Shown one piece after another: positions 38,394-52,103 of a stretch of 64,000 nt of DNA. Under the pieces are notes generated by a model, which saw nothing but the letters and a program-made list of their open reading frames with translations, was not told where the DNA came from and did not search any database. Source of the DNA: Marsupella aquatica (Eukaryota; Plantae; Marchantiophyta); the NCBI GenBank assembly GCA_973895155.1, contig OZ316894.1, positions 9,523,440 to 9,587,439 of the forward strand. The letters are read 5' to 3'. The first letter of the stretch is position 1. Each line of letters opens with the position of its first letter. The position numbers and the translations under genes were made by a program.

Positions 38394-40632
38394 ATGCCGA
38401 CAGGAATTCGAATTAGCAGTCCAGGGCGAGAACAACGTGCTAAATTTCCAGGGGCGGGAGGAGGAGGAGGAATAGGAGAAGCGTTTTCATGGTTCCCTTC
38501 CGCCCCTGGCTCATTGACATCTTCGCTCAAAATCACGCCTCTCACCCCTGCCATTGGGGCCACAGTGGAAGGCTTGTCTCTCGCGGACAGCTTGTCCCCG
38601 AAAAATCGCGATCAGATCAGGGCAGCATTGCTCAAGTTTCAGGTGCTCGCCCTTGCTCAATTGCAATCTTCAGCTATTGGATTCTTTTAGAGCCTGCATC
38701 AAAAGCTCGTTCGTATGTTTCCTTGATACTTATCCTCATTCGAACAGGTATCCACCAATAAGATCCTCTGAAGACACTCATGTGCAATTTGGGTATCTTA
38801 GTTGAGCTCTTTGTTTGGGCCTAAGCCATTTTGATTCGCTCCGAGTCGGCGGTCTATTCAACAGGTTGAAAGGAAAACAGAGTGTGATTAAAGCATTGGG
38901 ATTGGAGTATCTAGATGTCGTGCACTTCTAGGCTGGGATCAATGTGCAAGCCGGATACCGTCGGCCTGTTTCTGGACCGGGCTTCATCGACTCAGCAGGC
39001 CAGATGACGGAGTAGATGTCAAGATATCACGGATGCGGGATGCGGAATTTGCTGTAGTCTCCCTGAGGCTGCCCCGCTGACCTGTCAAATTCGTTCTCTT
39101 TAGGCAACATAGGACTCCAAATGCAATGTCGACTGATTTCTCCGGCGAAAGTGTGAACTAAATCAGCTGAAAATGCAACTGGAAACGTATCCAGTTCACT
39201 TCCTTCGGGGAACTGTTTCAAAGACTAAAGACTGTACCTGACCTTCGTATTAGCATAATGCAATAGGCCTGATGAAATTGATTCTCTTGAATGGTCCTAC
39301 TTTTCTTCCACAGGTGCTGATCTTCCGAAAGCAGCCGCTGACCCCTTATCAGCAGCGAAAATTTGCTAGATATTTCGGCGAGTTACATATCCACCCGATC
39401 TACCCTAACTTGGGCCCGGAGCTGCCGGAGATCACGGTGCTCAAATTCGATGCCGAAAATTCTCCCGATCAAGCGGATCACAATTGGCATACTGACGTTA
39501 CATTTATAGACAACCCTCCCTTAGGCTCGATACTGTCAGCCAAAGTGCTGCCTCCGTTGGGAGGAGATACGTTGTGGGCAAGCGGGATTGCAGCGTACGA
39601 GGGTCTCTCGAGGCCTATGCAAACATTGTTGCTCGGGCTGACTGCGGAGCACTCGATCATGAAGGCATTCCCGGCTCCGAGGTATCAAGAGAAAGCCAGC
39701 TGGGACGCTTACGAAAGATGGGAGGAGGCTATCAAAGAAAATCCCCCGGTCGTCCATCCCGTTGTCAGAACGCATCCTGAGAGCGGTCGGAAGGTAACGA
39801 ACTCTACTCCATCATCCACCTCGTCGACCTACTATGTCCAACTCCACTTCAGAAGATTGACATTTGGCAAATCAATTCAGACGCATTAAAATCATGAATG
39901 CTGAGTAGTGGTGAAGAATTCTCGTTCAGGTTCATTGAACTCGTAATTTGGGAATAGTGATGAAGAATTTTCCTTTGGGATCATTTGGGCTCAAGTGCGC
40001 AGTCCTGGATCTCCCAACATTTGTGTATGACTACTGCCAGCTGAGTTTTCTTTAGGGCTGCTGAAGTGGTATTTCACCGATGTGGGTTCACACTTCTGTA
40101 GGGATTGTACCGACAACAAGCATAGTTCTCGAACGTTTCGTGAACAGGATTAAATTTCTGTGGGTGGCAATGTAGCATTGTACCCTAGGATTGCTCTCCA
40201 GGTCTCAAACGAAAAGACTCCTTGTCAGGTTGACACAAGACCAGTCCTAGTTCGCATGTTGAACACTTCGGGCGCACACGTTTTAGATGGAGATGGAGAT
40301 GGTCAGAATAATTGATCAAGTTCCCCAAAAGTTTACAGTTTGCGTTCCATCAGGGAGATTGATTGTTGGTGGGATTGTCTGTGCAGGCACTCTTTGTGAA
40401 CAGGGGATTCACAGTACGCATTATTGGGTTGAAGCCCTCGGAGAGTGATGCGTTGCTCAACTTTCTGTATGAGCACACGACGAAACCAGAGTTCTTCCTG
40501 CGCTGGAAGTGGCAAAAGGACGATGTTGCCTTTTGGGACAACCGAGTTACACAGCACTATGCCACCGCCGATTACATGCCTTACACCCGAGTTATGTACC
40601 GCGCCACTGTTATGGGCGACAGGCCTTATTGA
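38394..40632 (+). CDS. tauD: Alpha-ketoglutarate-dependent taurine/sulfonate dioxygenase (TauD/TfdA family), 3 exons
   Basis: Exons 38394(?)-38642, 39314-39793 and 40387-40632 with phase-0 GT-AG introns. Motifs [32 protein letters not shown] (HxD), [37 protein letters not shown] (distal His), RVMYRAT. Start codon uncertain. Confidence 0.93.
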
Positions 40633-40894
40633 TGTTGTAGATGATTCACCCATTCGTTGTGACGGTTTAGGAACTCCGATTTTTCCAGACTCTCGAGTGC
40701 TAGTCTGTGGTCGAAGCAAACCTTGGTCATCTGTTTCTGCTTGAGCGAAGATAATCACTAGTCTCATGTATATAACAGACTAGTGTATCATACCGACTGT
40801 AGAGTAGTCCCCAAAGGTCATTCTGTTTGAGGTATCTGAAGCTGCCTAGCCGTAGCAATGAGTCCTTTCAACAAAATGAAGTTGAAGTTCTGGT

Positions 40895-41085
40895 CCCTTG
40901 AGGCTGGCTAGCAGTGGTCATCTTGAGGTAACTAACTATGGGGTAGTCCCAAACTTTTTGAGGCTGGCTAGCAGTCGTCAACTGAGGTTACTAACTCCAA
41001 ACTTTTTGAGGCTGTTTTTCATGACGATTGGTCTTCGTCATCTGAGGTAACTAACAATTGGGTATTCCCAAGCTTTTGAGGCTGG
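40895..41085. repeat. Degenerate tandem repeat downstream of tauD
   Basis: TTGAGGCTGGCTAGCAGT..TCA..TGAGGTAACTAAC..CCAAACTTTTTGAGGCTG recurs about 3-4 times. Confidence 0.7.
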
Positions 41086-42662
41086 TTTTTTTCCACGAGG
41101 ATTGTTACTCGCTTAGCTGAGGTGGCCCTATTGGTGTAGTCTGTTTCCTTTCTTCTCTTACAAATGTTTCGGAGAATGCGATGTCGACTTATGTCGTACT
41201 TTGCCGCTCCTAGTTCCTCGCATTTTGTCTGCCTACTCATCGTCTGCAGCTTTTCCTACTTGTTAGTAGTGCCATCTGGAGACAAACTTGGGCCTACTCA
41301 TCATCTGCAGCTTTTCTTACTAACTATATCTGCAGACAAACTTTGGCTGTCTTTCATTTTCCCGCTCACAGTTCCTCGAATTTTGTCTGCTTACTCATCA
41401 TCTGCAGCCATTTCAAACTTGCCAAAGTACACTTGCACTGGTGCGGCCGACCTACCTACTTGTACTTCTCCTAGTGACCTCTACCATTGGCCTATCATTG
41501 TACAGTTGAACTCATCCTTCGAGTGGGCTTTGTTATTACGTCTAAAGATTAGCAAGCTATGTAACCTATCCCCCGTCAAATGATTACTTACATGTATTTA
41601 ATATCAGTTTTTAAATAGCACAGTGCTGCTTACATGTGATTAAAGTTAGTTGTCAAATAGCAACAGTAGGCTGTAGAATGATGTTTTAGAAATGTAATCA
41701 TTGAAGTTTGAACACAATCTTTGCCCGCAACGTACCACTACTCTACAGTGTCCATTGAGACCCCCTTGTCAGGAATGAGACGTCGTCTGAAGGCTCTTAG
41801 GGCTACTCAACATTGATAGCCAAGCTCCCACGAAAGACACTCTCACTACTGTGCAGAAAGGTTGAATATTCTAAAACTCTTTTAAAATGCAATGATGTAA
41901 CTAACCAAGTCCGGGAATTTGTCTGTCATTAAGCATGCTTCCGACAACTGAGGATTCAGTTCACTGTTTTCTGCTTGGTGTTGTTCTCCCTACACCGTAC
42001 ATCGACATGACAACATAGATGACAGGAATTTGAAGCTTGAACTGTAGAAGCACCATGTTCCATTATTGATTTCATCGCCCGCAGGGACAATTACAAAAGC
42101 TTTGTCTAAGAATGCTCTTTGGGACATATTATGTTGACAAAGGTTGTTTGTTTGGGAGCAAGACAGTGTCCTCCCGTCATGATTTTGCTACTATGCTATT
42201 GAAACATCATGTTTCATTATTGATTTCGTCGCCAGCAGGGACAATGACAAAGTGTCCCTTATCTAAGAATTCTATTTGGGACATTTGGCAATGTTTGGGG
42301 GCAGGTATCCTCCCACGCTGCATCTAAAAACCCTCCCATCATGAATTTGCTATGTGAGCAACTATCGTAAGTTACTACATGATAGCAACGGAAGAATGCA
42401 CAACAGTGAAGGTTGGCTGACTTGACCGAACTTTGGCTTGGGGCTGTGCGATTGACAACAACCTCTTCTGGCACACCCGTTACCAGCAATCCGAACCTTA
42501 TCCTGGCCTCACTAATACTACTTTTTCTGAGTGAAATTGGACTGTCGCATGTGAAGGTCACGCAGGCATCATCTCTGTGCCTTTCGCGAAACTTCATGTG
42601 CTTCTGCAGCCTTGTTTTCTCTTCGATTTACCGAAGAACGCAATTTCATGGTCGATTTCTGA

Positions 42663-43710
42663 TTACAAGCCGCTGGACGGTGCTGGGGCTGGTTCCTCAG
42701 CAGCGTCCAAGTTCGCATAAAGCTCCTGCTCCTTACGTCGGGGAACCGGCATGTCCCAGCTTTGGTGTTGGTGGTTTGCGCACATCAGTTTCAAACTTCT
42801 ACCTGCAAGTCACCATAACACCATATTAAGTCCGAGCTCCAGCTCCAGCTCCAGCATAGCTTTGTTAATTCTAAGACCTTGTAATTGGTAGGACGGTTGC
42901 CAATCTTTTCTGAATGGGGAATCTGCTGGAGACTCTTGTTACACACGATTACTTAGGAGCTAGCGCTTGAAATAGATGGGCCAACCCAAACCTTTTCGCT
43001 CTAAAATTCCTATAAAACACAAGAGCTAAAATTTATGTAAGAGACGCAACTCATAACCTCGAGCAAGCTAGACTTCCTGGCAAAGATTAATTGCAAGTAT
43101 GGTCATTCAATGGCGAGTTATGCTCTACCTTCTCCGGCAGCCAAGTTGGTGTAGAGGTCCATAAGGTTGGGGCAGTTCACTTGACACTCCGGGGAGCACA
43201 GCTTCGCGGTGAAGACCTCCGACTCTAGCGCGTCAGTGGAAAGACCCACAGTCTCTTTCGCAACACCGCAGGCGTTTGCGCATTGTTGAGTCTCGATGTA
43301 CTCCACGGGACTTCCCTCGCTCACCAAGATGTCTGATGTCTGCACGACAATACAGTAAGGGCGACCGAGGCGACTCTTGATTAATTCCGATCGCTTTGAT
43401 TTTCCTTTGAATCTCCTGTATCTCTGAGACAACTTCACGGTAGCAGTTCGTTAACTTTCTCGAGAACGTACAGGTCAAATGAAAGACATACCTGGCACAC
43501 GTGCCAATTCATGTCGCCAGAAAGTGTCTCGAGGACGCATCTCTGTCCCGCGGAGTCTACAGCGAAAGCACATTCATCCGTTGGCAGCATGCTACAGAAG
43601 AGTCGTAACGGCTCTGAGCTGTGAGCCATGGCCACATGCACCAGCGCCGTCAGCAGAACCTGTACCGAGACGAGAGCTAGGAGCATCGCTATGGTCTGCG
43701 GAAGCGCCAT
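42663..43710 (-). CDS. PAR1 (photoassimilate-responsive)-family secreted Cys-rich protein, 3 exons
   Basis: Exons 43710-43492 (signal peptide, CSMLPTDECAFAVDSAGQRCVLE), 43339-43129 (YIETQQCANACGV..VGLSTDAL..KLCSPECQVNCPNLMDLYTNLAAGEG) and 42802-42663; characteristic PAR1 cysteine pattern. Confidence 0.9.
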
Positions 43711-44679
43711 CTGAAATAAAATTTTCTCTCCCTCGCTTATGCGACGATAAAACACGTACTACTCCAGACTCTTAGTAATAGGAAGGCGAAATCTTTCTAA
43801 AACAGTTGCAGCGATTCCGATCAAAGTACAGCCGAGATTGATACATACACTCCCAACTCAACAGTGAGACTCTCTGAACTCAGCTCAACCTTACCCTGAA
43901 ACTCGAGAGATTTACGTTCACTTCATATATGTGTGAGTGCTATGATTTCGAGAGTAACAACCCGTATTTTTAAGTCTTCACCTGACTATTGACTGTGCTT
44001 AGAAATTAGTTGCGAACTAACCCCAGACCAGCTCATGGAGTGAGTGCACAGTCGTGCTGATCTGATTGAGTGTTGTCTTCTCCTCTCCGCCTGGAAGTAG
44101 ACCTCAGAAAGAGGTGTGGCAAATGAATAGAACACTGACAGATTGGTGGGTATGGAAATAATCTGGATTCGCCACCGTCTGGTCTCGGTCGACGAGTAGG
44201 TGCGGACGTGATGAGAATTATTTTGAAGAAGGCGAATTCGAGAGACCGACTTCCACAGCAAGCTTCCAATGATTGGAAAAGTACTCTTACTTAGATTTTA
44301 CACTTGATAGAAAGAAAGTTTTCCTTACATCACAAATGGAGCGAGGATGAGTCGAGGGCTACAGCAGTAGCCTCGCTTTGCTTTCGGTCTCATGCACACT
44401 GAGATATTATAGAAATGGAAATGATGACGATTCAAGGGTCGATGTCTCGAAGCAGAATTCGATCAGCATGATTGTGCACCGTCTCAAATTCAGGAGTAGT
44501 AGCGCCACTGAGCGATTGTCTTGCACGGCTTTGACTACACAAGAGCACACCACGATCATTTCTTTGTGTAGGTGCTGATTCTCTTGTAAGAACGGTTTAG
44601 TGGTTGGTGCACCGAAGTTGTAATTCCCATCATACCACTGCGGTCAGCTCGATGCCTCGATGGTTTGGTGCAGCCTAGA

Positions 44680-47600
44680 TTTTTAAAGTTATTATTATTA
44701 TTATTATATTTTTTTGCCTTGAGAAAACCAAATAAATTCCATTCATAGGGCCTCTTTGGTCTTCTTGGGGTCTTTTGCTTCCCCCCTTTATTAAGTTTTT
44801 TCGCCTTTGGGACCATGTCTCAGCAAGCATAAATAGGTGGGGAAGCCCCGTTTGTTCACTTCTTTTAGGTTTGGTTTTGTCCACTTGGACCCTCTTTTGT
44901 TTGTTCTTGTGTACAGTGTTTGGCCCCTTTCTATAAAAAGTGTGTGTATATCCCAAAAGGCAAAACCCAAAAGGCAAAACCCAAGTGGACCTAAGGTAGA
45001 GGTGCTACAATCAGGTGGGGCGAAGTTGGCCTCCATAGGTGGGGCCAAAACCAGGGGCCAAGCTACCCTCCATAGGAGGCAACTAAACCAGGAGTTCACA
45101 AACTGCAGCAGGAGCAGCACACTCTTATAGACCCGCCAGTGATCCCCTGCAAGATTCCATCCAGTGGGTCTATGACAGAATGTTGAGTTCTGTAAGTGTG
45201 CCAGGTTTTTTTCTTTTTCGTGAGGTGGTGAGTGTCACCAATTTGCCACCCCTATCAAATTTTACTAAATTACTTTTTGACCCGTCCTCTCCATCCTAAG
45301 CAAGGATGATGAGCGCGAGAGGTAATAAATACAATTCCCTGGAGAAAAGGCCCCTCCATCTATTTTTTGGACCACCTCAAGAGGAGGTCTAAGTTTTTGA
45401 CGAAAACGATGTACACATTAGAAAGAAAGGGACCCACAAGGAGCACATTGACTCTTGAGGTCTAAGTTTTTGAAGAAAACCATGAACACACTAGAAAGAA
45501 AGGGACCCACAAGGGAGCATGACAGATATTGCCTCTAAGTTCATGTAAAGTGAAGTCTGGCCTGTTCCAACATTTCAATACCCAGGATTGTATCTCACAC
45601 ATAGGAGAAAAAAGGGATTGCTGCCCCTGAGTTCTTGTAAAGCCACCCTAATTAAGGACAGCAGTCCTATTCAGGCTAATGGTCTGTAGCTTGATGCGAA
45701 ACTGGCTAGTGGAAGACAAAAGACATAGTCAATTTAGTAAAAAAAGGTGAAAATTTTCAGAGTTGGAATTTATCAATTTTTGCCACTAAAAATATGCGGG
45801 CTGTGGTGTACAGTAGATGATCTTCCGTAGTCATAACTGGGGTTGCGGAAGATGTTCCAAAAATGGTGGATGGGAGAAAATAAAATCCTAGACAAGAAGC
45901 CTGAAAACTTTCTATGTTGAAATTGGCTGCAACAGCATGTTTTGGCTATGTGATAACCAAATACCAAAAAAAGCAGACTGCAAAAACTCTTTGACTGCAA
46001 GAAACTAAAATGGCCACCTGCAAAGATAGAGTGGAAGCAGGTTAAAACAACTGTTTAACTTTTCCCAAGTTTACAACAAGGGTAGAAGATCTTGTGAACG
46101 GGAATTAAGAATGTCAAAAGGTTACCAAATAAGCACAGATGTGAGCCAGATCTAATATTTTACCCTGTTACTTGGGTATTGGAGGTTTGTTCTGCTCAGA
46201 TTAAAACACACCTGCCCCTATAACGGGCTAAGGGGAACCCGTAGCTCTCATTGTAAAGCTAGAGCACAGGTTCAAGATGGACTTTGAGCTCCACAAAGGG
46301 TGCTGACTGCAAAACCTTTTTTTGGCAAGTATTCCACAAAGGGTGCTAGTGTTCCACCTTTTATGGTGAGTAGTGAGACATGGAATAAGGTTTTTATAGT
46401 GGCAGGTGTGGTTTAAGCATCAACTAGACATATCTTTAAAGTCTGTGCTATTGAAATCTTACATATGTTTGAGGGAAGCAACGGTGGATGTGACAAGTTC
46501 TTGGAAAGTGAAAATTGAAATTCTTGTGCTTGCCTTCACAGCCAACCCCAATTTTAATGGCCTTGGTATATCTGAATTCATGCCTCATCATAGGACCTAC
46601 TATAGAAAGACAACTTTCTTTGCCTGATCCCATCATAGGAACCTCAACTTGAGGTGAAACAAGTTGAAAAAAGTTATCAATGGTCTGGTCTAGTCTATAA
46701 TCAAGTCTATCCGCAATGATCCATGAAATATTTAAGGGCGATAGGCTATAATCCCCTAGGTTTAGCCACCTTGGGGAATTACAGCCCATAACCCTCTTGG
46801 GACCATGGGTTATCCTACAGTGCAGTAAGGGATTGCCTAAGTACACATTTGAAAGCATGCATGTTCAGTTAAATACACACTTCAAATCTAGTCTTCTTTT
46901 ATAAACGACAATGAATACATATGCAAAACAGGTGTAATAAAGTATTTGTAAATAATTGCTAACATTTTAGATTCCAATTTATGTGTAATTATGTGAACAA
47001 CATTAAATTACAAAGGATTGGATAAGTGCACATTTTCCTCCAACACCAAAGTAAGTACTGACGAGCATGTGGCCATCCAGCAAGAGTGAACAAAGTGCGC
47101 AGCTCTCTAAGGGACCTTTTCTCAGGCCTATTCTTCAGTCACAAATAATTGTGACTGGCAAAACGTTGCTCTTTGACCTCTGAAAGAATACAGACTATTT
47201 GAGGTTGGCTAAGGAAGTCTCCAACTGATTTGTGCATATAGTGGATTCTGTTGAATCCCATTCTGAATCAAAGCGGGACTCGAAGAGACCATGAAGTAAA
47301 ATATTCACAGATATAGGCCACTTGGCTGTGCCAATGATTCTAGCCATCCATAGACACTATTTTTGCCATCCTCAACCCTTTTTCTAATATGTACATTCTT
47401 CAGGAGGCCTCAATAGTATCTGAGTGAAACACTATAGAAATTTGTTTCTTATAAAAAAAGTAGTCTTTGATTTGCATCAATCTTCCCCGTTCGCACACAC
47501 TATGGACAATTACACTTAATATCCTTCATATATTCTTCACCTCACCTCAAATGCCATGGCATTGGCAAACCAGTGTATATTTGTTGATTCCCTTGGAGAC

Positions 47601-50400
47601 TTAATCTTTATTAACTCTGAGAGCCTCTGTTTGCATCCTAAACCTTGCCTGCAAGGGCTCTATAGAGAGTTAACATGCCATTGCTGAGATACCATGGGGT
47701 TCCCTTTGGGGCATTGAGTGATTCTAGTTAATTTGTTGATGGAATTCTGCAAACATAGTACTACTAGGCACATATCTTACACACATTATTTATTGAACAT
47801 AAAAATAATTCAAAATGTCATTTTTTAAGACTTCAACAGATGAGGATAGTTAAATTCATGCACTGAAAATCTCCTCAAGCCCACCAGCTGTTTGTTGGAA
47901 TAAAATAGAAAGCAAATATTAATGTGACGAAGAAAATATAAAAAATAAGTTGGGGTTTTTTCTTAAACTTGAGAGTTGTCAATCTAATTTCAATAAATTG
48001 GAGAATTAAGGGAACCACAAATCATGGAGGTGTGCCTCTGACTGAAAGATGAGAATCATTTGTTCTTAATTACCTCTCTTTGCAACCCTTTGCCTAGCTA
48101 ATTTAGTAACATACTTGGATGGCAACCTGCAATCCTCATTGAATTAACAAAATTAGGTACCCTCACTTACCTCTTTAATTAGCTTTGGTTCTAACTTGTC
48201 AAGTAGCCGTGAGTATGCATGGAAGCATATTTGTGCCACAACTTCCGCTGAGGAAGTGGTGACAATTTCAGGGACAATTTTTTGTCTGATTCCAAACAGA
48301 GGGCTTATTCACACCCATTGTTGAGGCTAACCTTGGTAAAACAGAGTGGACGAGAAGCCATTTTTCAATCTATTTTACCTGCCTGGTTATCCTTGGGATT
48401 ATCACATATTTGAACCTTTTGGGGAGGTTTGATTGTCCACAATCCCAATAATAGGGTTTGATGCTCCTAGATATTTTCCAGCATCTGATTTAACATTTCT
48501 TTTCAAAATGTTGTCGGGTGCCAGGTTCAATTGTAAGAATTCGCAATCTTCAATTGAACTCCATAAAGCTTGATACTTGTTGAGGAAAGGTTAAACCTCA
48601 ATTCTTACAGGTAAGCTCGACAATCTTCTGCTTCTCTTTTGAGAATCACACATGGTTGTCATATGATATAGGTGTAGATTTTACCTTGGGCCTCAAGTTT
48701 AAATAAAAATTGCCCATTCTATCTGTACAAATTACAAATCAGCACCTAGATGGTGAAGTGAGAGTTGAGTTGTAGGAGTTGACAATTTGCCTCTTCCTCT
48801 CTCATTAGTGGGTTCAAGCATGTGGGTTTCATGCTGCCGGCGCTCCTGCCCTCATCCCACATAAGATTTCTCTTTGTGCTGCCACTGCCATTTCAGAAGT
48901 ACTCGCAATGGCAGTCTTCAATCTCTCAACAGACAATCGCAATCTATCAACGGTTTCACTATACCTGTCAATAAATTGTTTGGATGCCTCACCATCATCT
49001 AAACAAATTGTTTCTAAAAAAGCAGCTGACTCCTCATCTTGCCTGTCTATATCCTTTGTCAATGCATCTTGCCATTGTGCACACAATGGAATCAGATCTT
49101 GGTACAAAGCAAAGGCTTTTTCGCCTTCTGCTGTCTCAAGTTCTTGAACTAGACGAGAATATTGGCTGAAATAGGTTGAAGATGTGGTCGAGGATGCAAA
49201 TGACATGGAAGCATACAACTTCTCCATACTCTTTGCACAGTTTTAATTTAAGAATATGATCAATAGACAGTTTCTATTGCATAAATACTTCCATATGAAT
49301 CCACAGAAGGTAACTTAGTATTCCTTCATTTGATTAAATTCATGCTCTATGCCACCTTCATTCAGAGCTTGAAATTGCCAATTTTGTCTACGTATACAAT
49401 TCTTGGGCAAATCTAAATATCAGCACTTCTTGGAGGGGACCCATTCATCAAATTTCCTTTCAATCAACTGATTAAATTGTACTTGTCACCCCACTTGTCA
49501 CCATTGATAGACTGGCTAGTCATGCCTTTCAAATACGGTGCTAATTCACAGTCATTCCTTGATAGCAAAGTCATGCCATCAAACCAGGCTGGAGTTGACC
49601 ATGCTTTCATCCTCAGAAAATCTAGTACCACTATTCGCCAATGGCGTAGATTTTTTTGAGCAAGAAACATCATATTTGCTAGATAACCCGCATGATCAGT
49701 CAACACATTTGTGAATTAGACTGCCCAAGGGTGGCACATCACAAGAGTAGATGACTAATAGTCTGTCTATTCAATTGAACCATGCAGAATTATGATAGAT
49801 CTACCAGGCTGAATTATTAGAGAGCAAATCTTCAAGAGCAAATTTTGAAGGAGAATAATTAGACTAAAGGTTTCCATTTCTTTGCATTAGATGCTTTTCT
49901 ATCCTTATATATTTCTCCATATCATTTCCCCTAGCAACCAAATGTAGGAAATTGATCGCACTGCTATCTTACCATTGCAATTCAATTATCTTACACAATC
50001 TTGCTTGAACAAGTTTCTTCATCCCACTAAAAGTTCAAAGAGTTTCAAAGAGTCTCAACTTGTTAGTCTACATGACTTCTACATGTGCATTACAGGAGCA
50101 CACCCTTTGGGGACAATTGTGCATTAGCCTTAATTCCTGACCAAAATTTAATATACAAATACAATTAAACTAATAAATCATCAATTACGCATTTTCACAG
50201 TTTTTTGCCTGTCTGGGTCCAATTTGTAAACTCTCACCAAGTGCTTAGAAATTAATCACGGCAACTTGCGAAGGGCTTGGGAATATAGGGCAACAATGTT
50301 CCAAAGAACTTGCATTTCAGAGACCCTTAATTTATGTAGAAAATGATTTACCTTGATTGCCTCTCTCTCCCTCCACAGCTTGATGAAGTGGCTACATAAT
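44680..50400 (-). mobile_element. Highly degraded LINE-like remnants
   Basis: (AAT)n tail on the minus strand at ~44690-44706; a stop-riddled frame with a KYLG motif near 48470 and a Cys cluster near 50100; AT-rich, with no intact RT ORF. Confidence 0.3.
48829..49227 (-). CDS. Hypothetical 132-aa acidic alpha-helical protein
   Basis: ATG-initiated intact ORF with natural amphipathic-helix composition, in an otherwise stop-rich region; no recognised domain. Confidence 0.4.
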   Translation of the reverse strand: MEKLYASMSFASSTTSSTYFSQYSRLVQELETAEGEKAFALYQDLIPLCAQWQDALTKDIDRQDEESAAFLETICLDDGEASKQFIDRYSETVDRLRLSVERLKTAIASTSEMAVAAQREILCGMRAGAPAA

Positions 50401-52103
50401 TTTTCTTAATCCATTTTTGTCTTGTAATTGATATCATCTTAGGGCAGCATCCAAGAAAATTATGAGATTGAACATAAGAGGTTATAGAGATTGCCACAAG
50501 ATATTCCAATGAAATTAGGGTGTTTTAAAAGCATGTGTATATCGACATGTGTATTACTTGTGCTCACTTTAGTGATTGAAACTTGGAAGAAATGAGTGGT
50601 GAAGCCTACAATAATTACATGGTTTGGGAGCTACACGGGCCGGGATTTACTGTTACCTGAGTTAGTTAAATGCACAATTTATACTCTAATGGAAATCAGA
50701 AGTATGAAATTGTATAAATAATTATACACAAGGCTCTTACAAAATCGATGAATTAGGGCCTCGTTTTGATATGTGTACAAGACATCAACAAATGGTTTGA
50801 AGGGGCGTGTCTCTTATCAAAAGACACCATGGATACACAATTGGATTCTTTTTATAAAAATTATTCAAGGAAACCAGTAAACTTGATCTTAGACAGTTAC
50901 TTGAACACATTGGATTGTATTGATTTCAATCTGTTTGTTGCCCAGTCTGCAATTACTTAGTCCAAAATCTCTAAACATATATACTGCCAAAGTGTTACTG
51001 ACATCATTGGTGGGGCCAACACAACTTCCCTCTCTAGAGATTCCCAACTCCAAGTTCAAACAATGCAGAATGAATGTCCAATTTGACTTACTAAGAAATT
51101 TTGCCCACTAGAATTGCAAGCATTTCATAGTTTGATATGCACAATTCCACATCTCAGGTCTACCTCACTTTAACTATTACACTTACCTCACCCTAGATGT
51201 CTAGTCTCATATCTTTCATCACCAAAAGTTCACTGCTACTTCTCACAGACAGAAAACAATTTGCAGCTTAGCGCACATTGGAGGAATTCTATTTGAAGTA
51301 ATCATATCTATTCACAAGATCATATCTCTATTTATGAGAGGTTAGTGGGGTCGGCTTACTGAAACTGCTGGTAATGTCGAGTGTATTGGCCCAATGTGAA
51401 AATCCTATCCTCTGCTTATATCTAGTTGAACGGGAATTTAAACGGTTGCACTTCAAATGTAGTACTTCAGGGCCAAAGGAGCCCACAACTCAAGCTGATA
51501 GAACCTGTACATTCACTTTTTCCTTTGACTGGCTTAGCACGATAATGCTAGTCACTCATAAATTCAAAGTACTGAAAAAATAACAATTGTATGTAAACAG
51601 AAGGACTGGTACGTTAAGAATTAAGGATTGATCTAAATGAGCGAATGAGCTTTGCTTCATGTCTGGCTTGTGTTAGGCACTGTGTTCTGAACTCAACTTC
51701 AGTCCTAATGGTGTCTACATATTAGCATGGTAAGTTAGATTTTGCTATGGTTGTTTTTAGAAATTATGACTGTGAATGGGAACATTTGGGCATGAATCTT
51801 TTTGTCACAAATCAGGATGACTTTGAAGTCTGAAGCATACCTCTACCCTAGATTCAGAGGTAGAGTTGTTCCTCAATTTCATGTAGTCTTTTGACTCCAA
51901 GAGCAGTTGCCAGGACCTCATCACTAAAGATATTGACAAAACCCATATATGTCAATAGTTGATTGTTATATGCATATTCCATTCTTTGCTACCTCTTTCA
52001 CATAAGTAAAAGTGATGAACTGAACTTTTAGTGGACTCACAGAAAGCTGTTTCACAACTCTCAACGGCAGACTCTGCCAGCAGCATTATCATAGAGAATT
52101 CAG

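Noticed and set aside
38394-40632. Bacterial contamination as the source of tauD
   Set aside because: The gene is split by GT-AG introns at frame-preserving positions and is flanked by plant genes.
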